Both the position numbers and the translations under genes were made by a program. Shown here piece by piece: positions 20,646 through 29,822 of a stretch of 64,000 nt of DNA. The stretch is taken from contig OZ219866.1 in the NCBI GenBank assembly GCA_964291675.2, positions 1,088,001-1,152,000 of the forward strand. Reading direction: 5' to 3'. Numbering within the stretch: the stretch's first letter is position 1; each line of letters opens with the position of its first letter. The notes beneath the pieces are model-generated. The model saw nothing but the letters and a program-made list of their open reading frames with translations. It was not told where the DNA came from and did not search any database. This DNA is from Alphaproteobacteria bacterium (lineage in GTDB: Bacteria; Pseudomonadota; Alphaproteobacteria; MPNO01).

Positions 20646-20747
20646 GCCGGGTTGCGAATTTCCCTGCCCCCGTCCGGGCGGCGGCATCGAACGGCTCTCC
20701 GAACGGGCCCGGATTGGCGGTTCGCGAGATATTGTTGAAGGAATGTC

Positions 20748-20761
20748 GATTGTCTACAATC
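20748..20761. promoter_or_regulatory. GntR/FadR-type operator palindrome
   Basis: GATTGT-CT-ACAATC inverted repeat 40 nt upstream of the SBP start; operon ends in a GntR gene. Confidence 0.55.
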
Positions 20762-20800
20762 CTAATATCGCCACGGTGTGTCGTTGCAAGGGAGGTAGAC

Positions 20801-21640
20801 GTGCTGAAACGGATTCTCGGGACGGCGGCGGCATTCGCGCTTGCCCTGTCCATCCTGTTCCCGGCAGCCGAAGGCGCTCGGGCGCAGTCGGCATCGACCT
20901 GGCAGGCGATCAAGGAACGCGGCAGCCTGCGGGTCGGCGTGACCCAGGCGCCGCCCTGGTTCTTCAAGCAGCCGGGCGGCAGCGAATGGACCGGGCTCGG
21001 ATCGGCGGTCGGAAAGGCCATGGCCAAGGAGATCGGCGTCGAGTTCGAGCCCGTCGAAGTGACCTGGGGCACCGCCGTCGCGGCGCTCCAGGCCAACAAG
21101 ATCGACATCATGTTCGTGCTCGACGCAACGCCCAAGCGTGCGCTCGCGATCGACTTCCCGGCGCAGCCGCTGCTGTACTACGCGCTGGCGGTCCTGGCCG
21201 ACGACAAGCTGGCCGTGAAGAGCTGGTCCGACCTCAACAAGCCGGGAATCAAGATCGCGGTGACCCAGGGAACGACCATGGACCGCTATGTCAGCGCCCG
21301 GTTGACCGAGGCGACCATCCTGCGCTTCCCGACCAACGGGGAATCGGTGGCGGCGTTCCAGTCGCGCCGGGTGAACGCGGTGTCCCTGTTCCATCCGCCG
21401 CTCATCGCCATGCGCAAGAAGATCGGCCGCGGCAAGATCGTCCTGCCGGTCCCGATACGGCAGTCGGCCTCCTCGGCCGGTGTCAGGCGCGAGGCCGACA
21501 AGACGTTCCGGGACTGGGTGAACACCGCGATCGCCTACTACTACGCGACCGGCCAGACGCAGGTCTGGTACCAGGACTTCCTGGAGTCCTTCGGCGTCGA
21601 TCCGGCGACGGTTCCGGCCATCCGCCGCGAAGACTGGTAG
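20801..21640 (+). CDS. polar amino acid ABC transporter substrate-binding protein
   Basis: GGAGG RBS + GTG; signal peptide; IKERGSLRVG, ALQANKIDI, TPKRA, IAVTQGTT. Confidence 0.9.
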   Translation: MLKRILGTAAAFALALSILFPAAEGARAQSASTWQAIKERGSLRVGVTQAPPWFFKQPGGSEWTGLGSAVGKAMAKEIGVEFEPVEVTWGTAVAALQANKIDIMFVLDATPKRALAIDFPAQPLLYYALAVLADDKLAVKSWSDLNKPGIKIAVTQGTTMDRYVSARLTEATILRFPTNGESVAAFQSRRVNAVSLFHPPLIAMRKKIGRGKIVLPVPIRQSASSAGVRREADKTFRDWVNTAIAYYYATGQTQVWYQDFLESFGVDPATVPAIRREDW

Positions 21641-21650
21641 CCGGTCGGGA

Positions 21651-21676
21651 CCGGGCGGGGCGCGCGCCCCGCCCGG
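21651..21676. other. 26-bp perfect palindrome after SBP gene (mRNA-stabilising hairpin)
   Basis: CCGGGCGGGGCGCGCGCCCCGCCCGG is self-complementary. Confidence 0.45.
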
Positions 21677-21706
21677 ACGGCGCGCCCGGCGGACGGGGGC
21701 ACGGCG

Positions 21707-22387
21707 TTGGGCTACGAATGGGACTTCGCGATCGTCTTCCGCGAATGGGGCCTGCTGTTCCAGGGTCTCGTCAACACCCTCAAGGTCACCGGCCTGGCGC
21801 TCGCGTTCGGGGTGCCGCTGGGCCTGGCGCTCTCGCTTTGCCGCCTGTTCGGCCCCGCGGTCGTGCGGGTTCCGGTCGGTGTCGTCATCGAGTTCCTGCG
21901 CACCACCCCGCCCATCGCCCAGCTGTTCTGGTTCTTCTTCGCGCTGCCGATCCTGATCGGGGTGGAGATCGACCCGTTCGCGGCGTCGGTGCTGACATTC
22001 TCGCTCCAGTCGTCGGCCTTCTTCGCCGAGGTCTTCCGCGGCGGCATCCTCTCGGTCGAGCAGGGCCAGTGGGAGGCCGCCAAGGCGCTGGGCATGGGCC
22101 GCAACCCGGCGCTGCGCCGGATAATCCTGCCGCAGGCGGTGAAGCGGATGATCCCGGCGTTTCTGGAGCGCGCCATCGAACTGATGAAGACGACCACCCT
22201 GGTCAGCACCATCTCCTACGCCGACCTGCTCTATCAGGCGAACAACATCGCGCAGTCGACCTACCGGGCCCTCGAAGTCTTCACCGTCGCCGCCGGCATG
22301 TACTTCATCGTGATATTCGCCTGCTCGCTGGGCGTGCGCGTGCTGGAGAGGCATCTCGGGCGAACCGGCGAGCTGACCGTGGGCTAG
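21707..22387 (+). CDS. amino acid ABC transporter permease
   Basis: EFLRTTP, AEVFRGGI.S...GQWEAAKALG, ILPQA. Confidence 0.92.
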   Translation: MGYEWDFAIVFREWGLLFQGLVNTLKVTGLALAFGVPLGLALSLCRLFGPAVVRVPVGVVIEFLRTTPPIAQLFWFFFALPILIGVEIDPFAASVLTFSLQSSAFFAEVFRGGILSVEQGQWEAAKALGMGRNPALRRIILPQAVKRMIPAFLERAIELMKTTTLVSTISYADLLYQANNIAQSTYRALEVFTVAAGMYFIVIFACSLGVRVLERHLGRTGELTVG

Positions 22388-22392
22388 GCCGG

Positions 22393-23061
22393 ATGTTCGA
22401 GCACAGCTGGGATTTTTCCGCGGTCTACGGCAATTGGCCGGTCCTGCTTCTGGGGCTCCGCAATACGGTGATTCTCGCCGTCACCTGCCTGTCGGCGGGG
22501 CTGTTCCTCGGCCTGTTCGTCGGCATGGCCCGCTATTCGAGCCGGCCGCTGCTGAACTGGCCGGCGACGGCCTTCGTCGAGGTGTTCCGCAACACGCCGG
22601 TCCTCGTCCAGATCATGTGGTTCTTCTTCGCGTTTCCGATCGTTTCGCCCTTCGACATCGATGCCTTCACGGCGGCGACGCTCGGCCTCACCCTGAACAC
22701 GGTCGCGTTCTCTTCGGAAATCTATCGCGCCGGCATCCAGTCGATCCACCGCGGCCAATGGGAGGCGGCCAGGGCGCTGGGCATGCGGTATGCCGACCAG
22801 ATGCGGCGGATCATACTGCCCCAGGCGGTGCGCAGAATGATCCCGGCCTTCATGAACCGGGTCGTGGAGCTGGTGAAGATGACGTCGCTCGCGTCGGTGA
22901 TCGCCTATGGCGAGCTGATGCACCAGGCAAAGACGATTTCGACCATCTCGTTCAATCCGATCGAGACCTATACCGCCATCGCGATCGTATTCTTTGTGCT
23001 GATCTATCCGTTGACGATCGCCGTGGGCAGGCTGGAACTGCGATCGAGGCACGGGAACTGA
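22393..23061 (+). CDS. amino acid ABC transporter permease
   Basis: EVFRNTP, SEIYRAGI...GQWEAARALGM, ILPQA. Confidence 0.92.
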   Translation: MFEHSWDFSAVYGNWPVLLLGLRNTVILAVTCLSAGLFLGLFVGMARYSSRPLLNWPATAFVEVFRNTPVLVQIMWFFFAFPIVSPFDIDAFTAATLGLTLNTVAFSSEIYRAGIQSIHRGQWEAARALGMRYADQMRRIILPQAVRRMIPAFMNRVVELVKMTSLASVIAYGELMHQAKTISTISFNPIETYTAIAIVFFVLIYPLTIAVGRLELRSRHGN

Positions 23062-23065
23062 CGGC

Positions 23066-23851
23066 ATGACGGCGGTCCTCGAAATTCGCAACCTGAGCAA
23101 GTCGTTCGGGAACCTGACCGTCCTGGACGGCATCGACCTGAAGATCGGCAAGGGCGAGACGGTGGTCGTCCTGGGCGCCTCCGGTTCCGGGAAATCCACC
23201 CTGCTTCGTTGCGTCAACTTCCTGGAGATCCCGACCGGGGGCCGGATCGTTCTCGGCGGCGAGACGGTCGGCCGGACGGCGGGGGAGAGGACGGTCTACG
23301 CCGAGAAGGAGCTCTCCGCGCTGCGCGCCCGGGTCGGCATGGTGTTCCAGCACTTCCACCTGTTTCCGCACATGACGGTCCAGCAGAACGTGATGGAGGG
23401 GCCGCGCACCGTGCTCAGGCGCCGGCACGAGGAATGCGAGGCGAGGGCCCTGCGCTATCTGGACAAGGTGGGGCTGGGCTGGAAGAAGGACGCCTTTCCC
23501 TCGGAGCTGTCCGGCGGGCAGCAGCAGCGCGTCGCCATCGCCCGGGCGCTGGCGATGGAACCCGAGATCATGCTCTTCGACGAGGCGACCAGCGCGCTCG
23601 ACCCCGAGCTGGTCGGGGAGGTGCTCCAGACCATGAAGGAGCTCGCCGAGGAAGGCATGACCATGATGGTCGTCACCCACGAGCTGGGCTTCGCCTACAC
23701 CGTCGCCGACCGGGTGCTGTTTCTCCAGGACGGCAAGATTCTCGAACAGGGCGATCCGGCCTCGGTGCTGCTCGACCCCAGCGAGGAGGGAACGCGGAAC
23801 TTCCTGCGCGGTCACAGCTCGTTCCGGCTGCCCACGCCGGCGGCGGAGTAG
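23066..23851 (+). CDS. amino acid ABC transporter ATP-binding protein
   Basis: GASGSGKST, LSGGQQQR, FDEATSALDPE, VTHE. Confidence 0.95.
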   Translation: MTAVLEIRNLSKSFGNLTVLDGIDLKIGKGETVVVLGASGSGKSTLLRCVNFLEIPTGGRIVLGGETVGRTAGERTVYAEKELSALRARVGMVFQHFHLFPHMTVQQNVMEGPRTVLRRRHEECEARALRYLDKVGLGWKKDAFPSELSGGQQQRVAIARALAMEPEIMLFDEATSALDPELVGEVLQTMKELAEEGMTMMVVTHELGFAYTVADRVLFLQDGKILEQGDPASVLLDPSEEGTRNFLRGHSSFRLPTPAAE

Positions 23852-23862
23852 GCGGGATCGCG

Positions 23863-24786
23863 ATGGAAGCCCTTCTGCCCGGCACCGCGCACGACGCCGA
23901 AGACGATATCCGCAACCGCGATATCGGGATCTATGTGAACGGCGAGATCGTCCACCGGGACGATGCGAAGGTGTCGGTCTACGATTCCGGCTTCATGCTG
24001 GGCGACGGCATGTGGGAGGGCATGCGGCTGCACAACGGCAAGTGGGCGTTCTTCGACGAACACATGGACCGGCTGTTCGACAGCTGCAGGGCGGTGTCCA
24101 TCGACATCGGCATGAACCGTCGGGAGATCGCCGAAGCCTTGCGCCGGACGGCCGAGGCCAACGGGATGTCGACCGACGTCCATTGCCGGTTGATGGTCAC
24201 CAGAGGGGTCAAGTCGAGGCCCTTCCAGCATCCCGGCCTCTCGCGTTCCGGACCGACGGTCGTCATCATCATGGAACATTCCAGACCGGTCGAGCGGTTC
24301 GCCAAGCGCGGAATCCGGCTGGCGACGGTGCCGCAGGTGCGCGGACTGCCGCATTCGCAGGACCCCAAGCTCAACTCGCACTCGAAGCTCAACTGCGTCA
24401 TCGCCAGCCTTCAGGCCCGGGCCGCGGGCGCCGACGAGGCGCTGATGCTCGACCCCCACGGATTCGTAAACACCACGAATTCGTGCAATTTCTTTATCGT
24501 CCGGCGCGGCGAGGTCTGGACCTCCACCGGCGATTATTGCATGAACGGCATCACACGCCGGAAAGTCATCGAAATCTGCCGCTCCCACGAAATACCGGTC
24601 TTCGAGAAGAACTTTTCGCTCTTCGATGCCTACAATGCCGAAGAGGCATTTCTTACCGGGACCTTCGGCGCGCAGACGCCTGTCGGCGATATCGACGGCA
24701 CCGAGATCGGCACCGGTTCGGCCGGACCCGTCACCGGCCGGATCCGCGACCTCTATGCGGAACTGGTAAGGGCCAATACGGGCTGA
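23863..24786 (+). CDS. aminotransferase class IV-like protein
   Basis: AKVSVYDSGFMLGDG, HMDRL, GITR, AFLTGT; atypical DPKLNSHSKLN. Confidence 0.85.
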   Translation: MEALLPGTAHDAEDDIRNRDIGIYVNGEIVHRDDAKVSVYDSGFMLGDGMWEGMRLHNGKWAFFDEHMDRLFDSCRAVSIDIGMNRREIAEALRRTAEANGMSTDVHCRLMVTRGVKSRPFQHPGLSRSGPTVVIIMEHSRPVERFAKRGIRLATVPQVRGLPHSQDPKLNSHSKLNCVIASLQARAAGADEALMLDPHGFVNTTNSCNFFIVRRGEVWTSTGDYCMNGITRRKVIEICRSHEIPVFEKNFSLFDAYNAEEAFLTGTFGAQTPVGDIDGTEIGTGSAGPVTGRIRDLYAELVRANTG

Positions 24787-24789
24787 GCG

Positions 24790-25521
24790 ATGAATACCGC
24801 GCTGTCCGCCCTGGAGCCGCTCGCGCCCGCGACACGACGGGGGCAGATCGTCCAGAAGCTGCGGATGCTGATCGCCGAGGGCAACGTATCGCCGGGCGAA
24901 CGGCTGACCGAGATCGAGCTGGCAAGCCGGCTCGGCGTGAGCCGCGCCCCGCTGCGCGAAGCCATACGCGAGCTGGTCGAGAGCGGCCTCGTCGAGAGCG
25001 TCCCCTACAAGGGGCTATACGTCCGCCGGGTGACGCGCAGGGATCTCGAAGAGCTCTACTCGATCCGTACCGCGCTGGAGCAGTTCGCGTTCCGGGAGTG
25101 CTGGCCGAAACGCACGCGCGAGCGGCTCGACGATCTGGCCGGCCGCCATCGCCTGCTGGTTGGCGAGGTGGACGCGAACCGGAATCCCGCCCGGGCGATC
25201 GAGCTCGAGATTCAGCTCCATTCCTGGTGCTACGAAATCTCGGGCCATGCGATTCTTCAGAAAATGTGGGACCGGCTGAAGCCCAACCTTCAATTCTACT
25301 TCACCTTGCACCAGAAGGCGCACAACCGGCTGGGTCCGCTGCGGGACGCGCACGACGTCTATGTCGCCTGCGCGACCGGCGACAGTCTCGAAGCGATGCT
25401 CGCGCATCTCGAGGAGCACATGCGCCAGGGGCTGGAAACGACCATGCAGGACCTGGTGTTCGAGCAGGACGGCGAGCGGCCGGAACCGAGCGACCGGTCG
25501 AGCGACCCGCTGCCGGGCTGA
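24790..25521 (+). CDS. GntR/FCD family transcriptional regulator
   Basis: PGERLTEIELASRLGVSRAPLREAI; FCD-type C-terminus with conserved His. Confidence 0.93.
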   Translation: MNTALSALEPLAPATRRGQIVQKLRMLIAEGNVSPGERLTEIELASRLGVSRAPLREAIRELVESGLVESVPYKGLYVRRVTRRDLEELYSIRTALEQFAFRECWPKRTRERLDDLAGRHRLLVGEVDANRNPARAIELEIQLHSWCYEISGHAILQKMWDRLKPNLQFYFTLHQKAHNRLGPLRDAHDVYVACATGDSLEAMLAHLEEHMRQGLETTMQDLVFEQDGERPEPSDRSSDPLPG

Positions 25522-25552
25522 CGCCGCGGCCGCCCGTCGCACCCCGTCATTC

Positions 25553-25697
25553 CCGAACCGGTTTGCCAAGACCTGCCGGCAAGCCCCTGGCGCGGGGAAG
25601 CCGGCCCCGCCGCGGCGGCCGCTTCCGTCCCCGGGGGACAGCGTTCCCCGCGAAAACAGGTCAACAATGTTGACCATTGTTTCACGTGAAACATTAG
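25553..25697 (+). repeat. composite parS-containing module, copy 1
   Basis: CCGAACCGGTTT (25553), GTCCCC-G-GGGGAC (25627-39), GGTCAACA-A-TGTTGACC (25659-75), parS (25678-93); inverted copy at 32327-32506. Confidence 0.85.
25678..25693. promoter_or_regulatory. parS: parS centromere site
   Basis: Perfect TGTTTCACGTGAAACA consensus. Confidence 0.93.
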
Positions 25698-25879
25698 CCG
25701 CGCCTGAACAGCCCCTCGACGCCCGCGCGGTGGCGCTGCTTCCTGTCGATGTCGGCGCGCACGCGGCGGATCTCGGCCTCCAGCTCTGCGATGTACTCTT
25801 CCAGCTCCTCGATCGACAACGAGTCGAGCTCGCGCAGCCTGGCGGGCGCCTTTTGCGGCGTCAGATCCTCTTCTTCCAC
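25694..25879 (-). CDS. DUF1192 family protein
   Basis: LDSLSIEELEEYIAELEAEIRR...LFR; divergent from quinone oxidoreductase as usual in alphaproteobacteria. Confidence 0.8.
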   Translation of the reverse strand: MEEEDLTPQKAPARLRELDSLSIEELEEYIAELEAEIRRVRADIDRKQRHRAGVEGLFRRG

Positions 25880-25964
25880 CCTGGCCGTCCCCCCTGATCC
25901 GCCTTGCCAGTGTGTCGCCCAGCGGCTAGACAGGCAACCCGTTCCAACCAGCCGAATCCCAGCC

Positions 25965-26966
25965 ATGCCAGAGGCCGTTCCCGCCTCGATGAAGGCGATC
26001 GAGATCACCGAGCCCGGCGGGCCCGAGATGCTGCGCCCGTGCACCCGCGCGGTGCCGCGGCCGGGCGAGGGCGAGGTGCTGGTCCGGGTGGCGGCGGCGG
26101 GCGTCAACTTCCCCGACATAGCCCAGCGCCGCGGCAGCTACCCGCCGCCGCCCGGGGCGAGCGACCTGCCGGGGCTGGAGCTCGCGGGCGTCGTGGTGGC
26201 TCAGGGGAAGGGCGTCGCCGCGCCGGCCTTGGGCGAGGCGGTGTGCGCGCTGGTCTCGGGCGGCGGGTATGCCGGGTACTGCGCGGTGCCGGTGCCGCAA
26301 TGCCTGCCGGTGCCGGACGGGCTCGGCATGGTCGAGGCGGCCGCCCTGCCGGAGACCTTCTTCACCGTCTGGACCAATTTGTTCGACGGCGGGCGGCTTC
26401 AGGCCGGCGAGACGGTGCTGATCCATGGCGGCTCGGGCGGCATCGGGACCGCCGCCATCCAGATCGCGCACGCCTTCGGCGCCCGCGTGTTCGCCACCGC
26501 CCGCACGGCCGAGAAGTGCGCCTTCTGCGAGCGTCTCGGCGCCGAGCGCGCGATCGCCTACCCCGACGAGGACTTCGTCGCCGTGGTGCGGGAGCTGACC
26601 GACAAGCGCGGGGTCGATCTGATCCTCGACATGGTGGGCGGCGAGTATCTCGCGCGCAATATCCGGGCGCTCGCCGTCGAGGGGAGGCTGGTGCAGATCG
26701 CGGTCATGGCGGGCGCCGAGGCGGCGATCCCGCTCGGTCTCCTGATGGTCAAACGGCTGACCCTCACCGGCTCGACGCTGCGGCCGCGCAGCGTGGCCCA
26801 GAAGGGCGCCATCGCGGATGCGCTGAAGGAGCGGGTCTGGCCGCTGCTCGCCGACGGGCGGCTGCGCCCCATCGTGCATGCGACATTCGGTCTCGACCGG
26901 GCCGCCGAGGCGCACGCGCTGATGGAATCGAGCGCCCATATCGGTAAGATCGTGCTCACCAATTGA
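25965..26966 (+). CDS. NAD(P)H-quinone oxidoreductase (PIG3 family)
   Basis: GVNFPD..QRRG.YPPPPGASDLPGLE, HGGSGGIG, TGSTLRPR, HIGKIVL. Confidence 0.93.
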   Translation: MPEAVPASMKAIEITEPGGPEMLRPCTRAVPRPGEGEVLVRVAAAGVNFPDIAQRRGSYPPPPGASDLPGLELAGVVVAQGKGVAAPALGEAVCALVSGGGYAGYCAVPVPQCLPVPDGLGMVEAAALPETFFTVWTNLFDGGRLQAGETVLIHGGSGGIGTAAIQIAHAFGARVFATARTAEKCAFCERLGAERAIAYPDEDFVAVVRELTDKRGVDLILDMVGGEYLARNIRALAVEGRLVQIAVMAGAEAAIPLGLLMVKRLTLTGSTLRPRSVAQKGAIADALKERVWPLLADGRLRPIVHATFGLDRAAEAHALMESSAHIGKIVLTN

Positions 26967-27005
26967 ACCCGCCCCGGGCCCGCCGGGCGCGATGAAAGAG
27001 AACGC

Positions 27006-27623
27006 ATGAACCAGCCCCTGATGCCCAAGGCCACCGCGGTGTGGCTGATCGAGAACACCGCGCTCACCTTCGAGCAGATCGCCGCGTTCTGCGGCCTGCA
27101 CGAGCTCGAGGTGCAAAGCATCGCCGACGAGGAGGTGGCGATCGGCATCATCGGCTTCGACCCGATCGCCAACGGCCAGCTCGCCCGCGCGGAGATCGAG
27201 CGCTGCGCGGCCGATCCGGGCGCGAGGCTGGAGATGGCGACGCAGGACATCCCGCGCCCCTCGCCGCGCACCAAGGGGCCGCGCTACACCCCGGTCGCGC
27301 GCCGCCAGGACAAGCCGGACGCGATCGCCTGGCTGGTGCGCCACTGCCCGGCGCTCACCGACGGCCAGATCTCCAAGCTGATCGGCACCACCAAGCCGAC
27401 CATCGTGGCGATCCGCGAGCGCACCCACTGGAACATGGCCAATATCAAGCCGCGCGAGCCGGTCGGGCTCGGGCTGTGCTCGCGCACCGACCTCGACGCG
27501 GCGCTGGAGAAGGCGGGCTACGTCCCCGAGCCGCCGCTGGAGGACAGCGACGCCTTCCCGGTCGAGCAGCTCGCGCGCACCGAGCCGGACCCGCCGCCCG
27601 ACCCCGATCCTCAGCTCGGATAG
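27006..27623 (+). CDS. trcR: DUF1013 / cell-cycle transcription regulator TrcR
   Basis: PLMPKATAVWLIENTALTFEQIAAFCGLH, KGPRYTP..RRQDKPDAI, RTHWN. Confidence 0.88.
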   Translation: MNQPLMPKATAVWLIENTALTFEQIAAFCGLHELEVQSIADEEVAIGIIGFDPIANGQLARAEIERCAADPGARLEMATQDIPRPSPRTKGPRYTPVARRQDKPDAIAWLVRHCPALTDGQISKLIGTTKPTIVAIRERTHWNMANIKPREPVGLGLCSRTDLDAALEKAGYVPEPPLEDSDAFPVEQLARTEPDPPPDPDPQLG

Positions 27624-29506
27624 CCGGCGTCGCCGAGCGAGTCGGCGATCTCGTCGAGCGCCGCCGGGTCCTCGATGGTCGCCGGCATGGTCCACTCCTC
27701 GCCGTCGGCGATCCTGCGCATCGTGCCGCGCAGGATCTTGCCCGAGCGGGTCTTGGGCAGGCGGGCGACCACCGAGGCCGCCTTGAAGGCCGCCACCGGG
27801 CCGATCCGCCCGCGCACCATGCCGACCACCTCGCCGACGATGTCGCCAACCTCCCGCTCCACCCCGTCCTTGAGCACCAGGAAGCCGAACGGGATCTGGC
27901 CCTTGAGCGAATCGGCGACGCCGATCACCGCGCATTCCGCCACGTCGGGGTGCTCGGCGAGCACCTCCTCCATCGCGCCGGTCGACAGGCGGTGGCCGGC
28001 GACGTTGATGATGTCGTCGGTCCGGGCCATCACGAACACATAGCCGTCCGCGTCGATATAGCCGGCATCGGCGGTCGCGTAGTGGCCGGGGAACTCGCTG
28101 AGATAGGCCTCGCGGAAGCGTTCGTCCGCGTTCCACAGCGTCGGCGCGCAGCCGGGCGGCATCGGCAGCCTGGCGACCAGCGCGCCGATCTCGCCCGGCT
28201 TGCGCTCCTTGCCCGCCTCGTCGAGCACGCGCAGATCCCAGCCCGGCACGGCGCGCGTCGGCGAGCCGTGCTTGACCGGCGCGCGGCCGAGCCCGACGCA
28301 GTTGGCGGCGATCGCCCAGCCGGTCTCGGTCTGCCACCAGTGGTCGATCACCGGCACGCCGAGATGGGTCTCGGCCCATTTGACGGTATCGGGATCGGCC
28401 CGCTCGCCGGCGAGGAACAGGGTCTCGAAGCCGGACAGGTCGTAAGACGCCCGGAGCGCGCAGTCGGGGTCCTCCTTCTTGATCGCGCGGAACGCGGTCG
28501 GCGCGGTGAACAGCGCCTTGACCCCGTGCTCGGCGATCACCCGCCAGTAGACCCCGGCATCGGGCGTGCCGATCGGCTTGCCCTCGAACAGGATGCTGGT
28601 CGAGCCGTTGAGCAGCGGCGCGTAGACGATATAGGAATGCCCCACCACCCATCCCACGTCGGAGGCGGCCCAGAACGTCTCGCCCGGCTCGATGTCGTAG
28701 ATGTTGGGCATCGACCATCTCAGCGCCACCGCATGGCCGCCATTGTCGCGCACGATCCCCTTGGGCTGGCCGGTGGTGCCGGAGGTATAGAGGATGTAGA
28801 GCGGATCGGTGGCGGCGACCGGGACGCAGTCGGCCGGCGACGCGCCGGCGAGGGCCTCGTTCCAGTCGACGTCGCGCCCGGGGATCAGCGCCGCCGGGCC
28901 CGCCTCGCGCTGCAGCACGATGCAGAATTCCGGCTTGTGCCGGGCCAGCTCGATCGCCCGGTCGAGCAGCGGCTTGTAGGCGACGATCCGCCCGGGCTCG
29001 ATGCCGCAGGAGCCGGCGACGATGGCCTTGGGGGTGGAGTCGTCGATCCGCACGGCGAGCTCGTTGGCCGCGAAGCCGCCGAACACCACCGAGTGGACCG
29101 CGCCGATCCGCGCGCAGGCGAGCATGGCGATCGCCGCCTCGGGCACCATCGGCATGTAGATCACCACCCGGTCGCCATGGCCGATGCCGCGGGCGGCGAG
29201 CGCGCCGGCGAACTGCGCCACGCGGTCGCGCAGCCCGGCATAGGTGAAGCGGCTCTGCGTGCCGGTGATCGGGCTGTCGTAGATCAGCGCCACCCGTTCG
29301 CCGTTGCCGGCTTCCACATGGCGGTCGAGCGCGTTGTGGCAGGTGTTGAGCTCGCCGCCGGCGAACCAGCGCGAGGCCGGCATCGCGCGGTCGTCGAGCA
29401 CGCGGTCCCACGGGCGGTGCCAGTCGATGGCTTCGGCGGCCTCGGCCCAGAAGCCCGCGGGATCGTCGATGGATTGGCGGTAGGCTCGGTCGTAGCGCTT
29501 GCTCAC
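27611..29506 (-). CDS. prpE: propionyl-CoA synthetase
   Basis: YTSGTTGQPKG, RDNGGH, DHWWQTETG, AGHRLSTG, LPKTRSGK. Confidence 0.9.
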   Translation of the reverse strand: MSKRYDRAYRQSIDDPAGFWAEAAEAIDWHRPWDRVLDDRAMPASRWFAGGELNTCHNALDRHVEAGNGERVALIYDSPITGTQSRFTYAGLRDRVAQFAGALAARGIGHGDRVVIYMPMVPEAAIAMLACARIGAVHSVVFGGFAANELAVRIDDSTPKAIVAGSCGIEPGRIVAYKPLLDRAIELARHKPEFCIVLQREAGPAALIPGRDVDWNEALAGASPADCVPVAATDPLYILYTSGTTGQPKGIVRDNGGHAVALRWSMPNIYDIEPGETFWAASDVGWVVGHSYIVYAPLLNGSTSILFEGKPIGTPDAGVYWRVIAEHGVKALFTAPTAFRAIKKEDPDCALRASYDLSGFETLFLAGERADPDTVKWAETHLGVPVIDHWWQTETGWAIAANCVGLGRAPVKHGSPTRAVPGWDLRVLDEAGKERKPGEIGALVARLPMPPGCAPTLWNADERFREAYLSEFPGHYATADAGYIDADGYVFVMARTDDIINVAGHRLSTGAMEEVLAEHPDVAECAVIGVADSLKGQIPFGFLVLKDGVEREVGDIVGEVVGMVRGRIGPVAAFKAASVVARLPKTRSGKILRGTMRRIADGEEWTMPATIEDPAALDEIADSLGDAGYPS

Positions 29507-29558
29507 GGCACTTCCTCCTTACTCGGGGTGACGGCCGCGCGACCGTTCTCCGCGAAAT

Positions 29559-29732
29559 CTACCCGGTCGGCACCGTCAGCTTGGCGAGTTCGTCCTTGAT
29601 CCTGAGTTTGCGTTTCTTGAGATCGGCGATCGTCGCGGCGTCGGGCAGCGGCCGCGCGTTTTCCTGGGTCAGCGCCTCCTCGAGCTCGGCGTGGCGAGCC
29701 TTCAAGGAGGCGACCTGCTCTTCGACATTCAT
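29559..29732 (-). CDS. YdcH/DUF465 family small protein (57 aa, below ORF-track cutoff)
   Basis: MNVEEQVASLKARHAELEEAL...RPLPD...LKKRKLRIKDEL; AGGAGG RBS upstream. Confidence 0.85.
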   Translation of the reverse strand: MNVEEQVASLKARHAELEEALTQENARPLPDAATIADLKKRKLRIKDELAKLTVPTG

Positions 29733-29822
29733 CGCCTGTCCTCCTTTTGCGGTCGGCGGGCTGGAATCAGGATACCGCGACCGGCGTTGGATGCAATCGG
29801 AACTCCGGCGCGGCGCGGGGAA

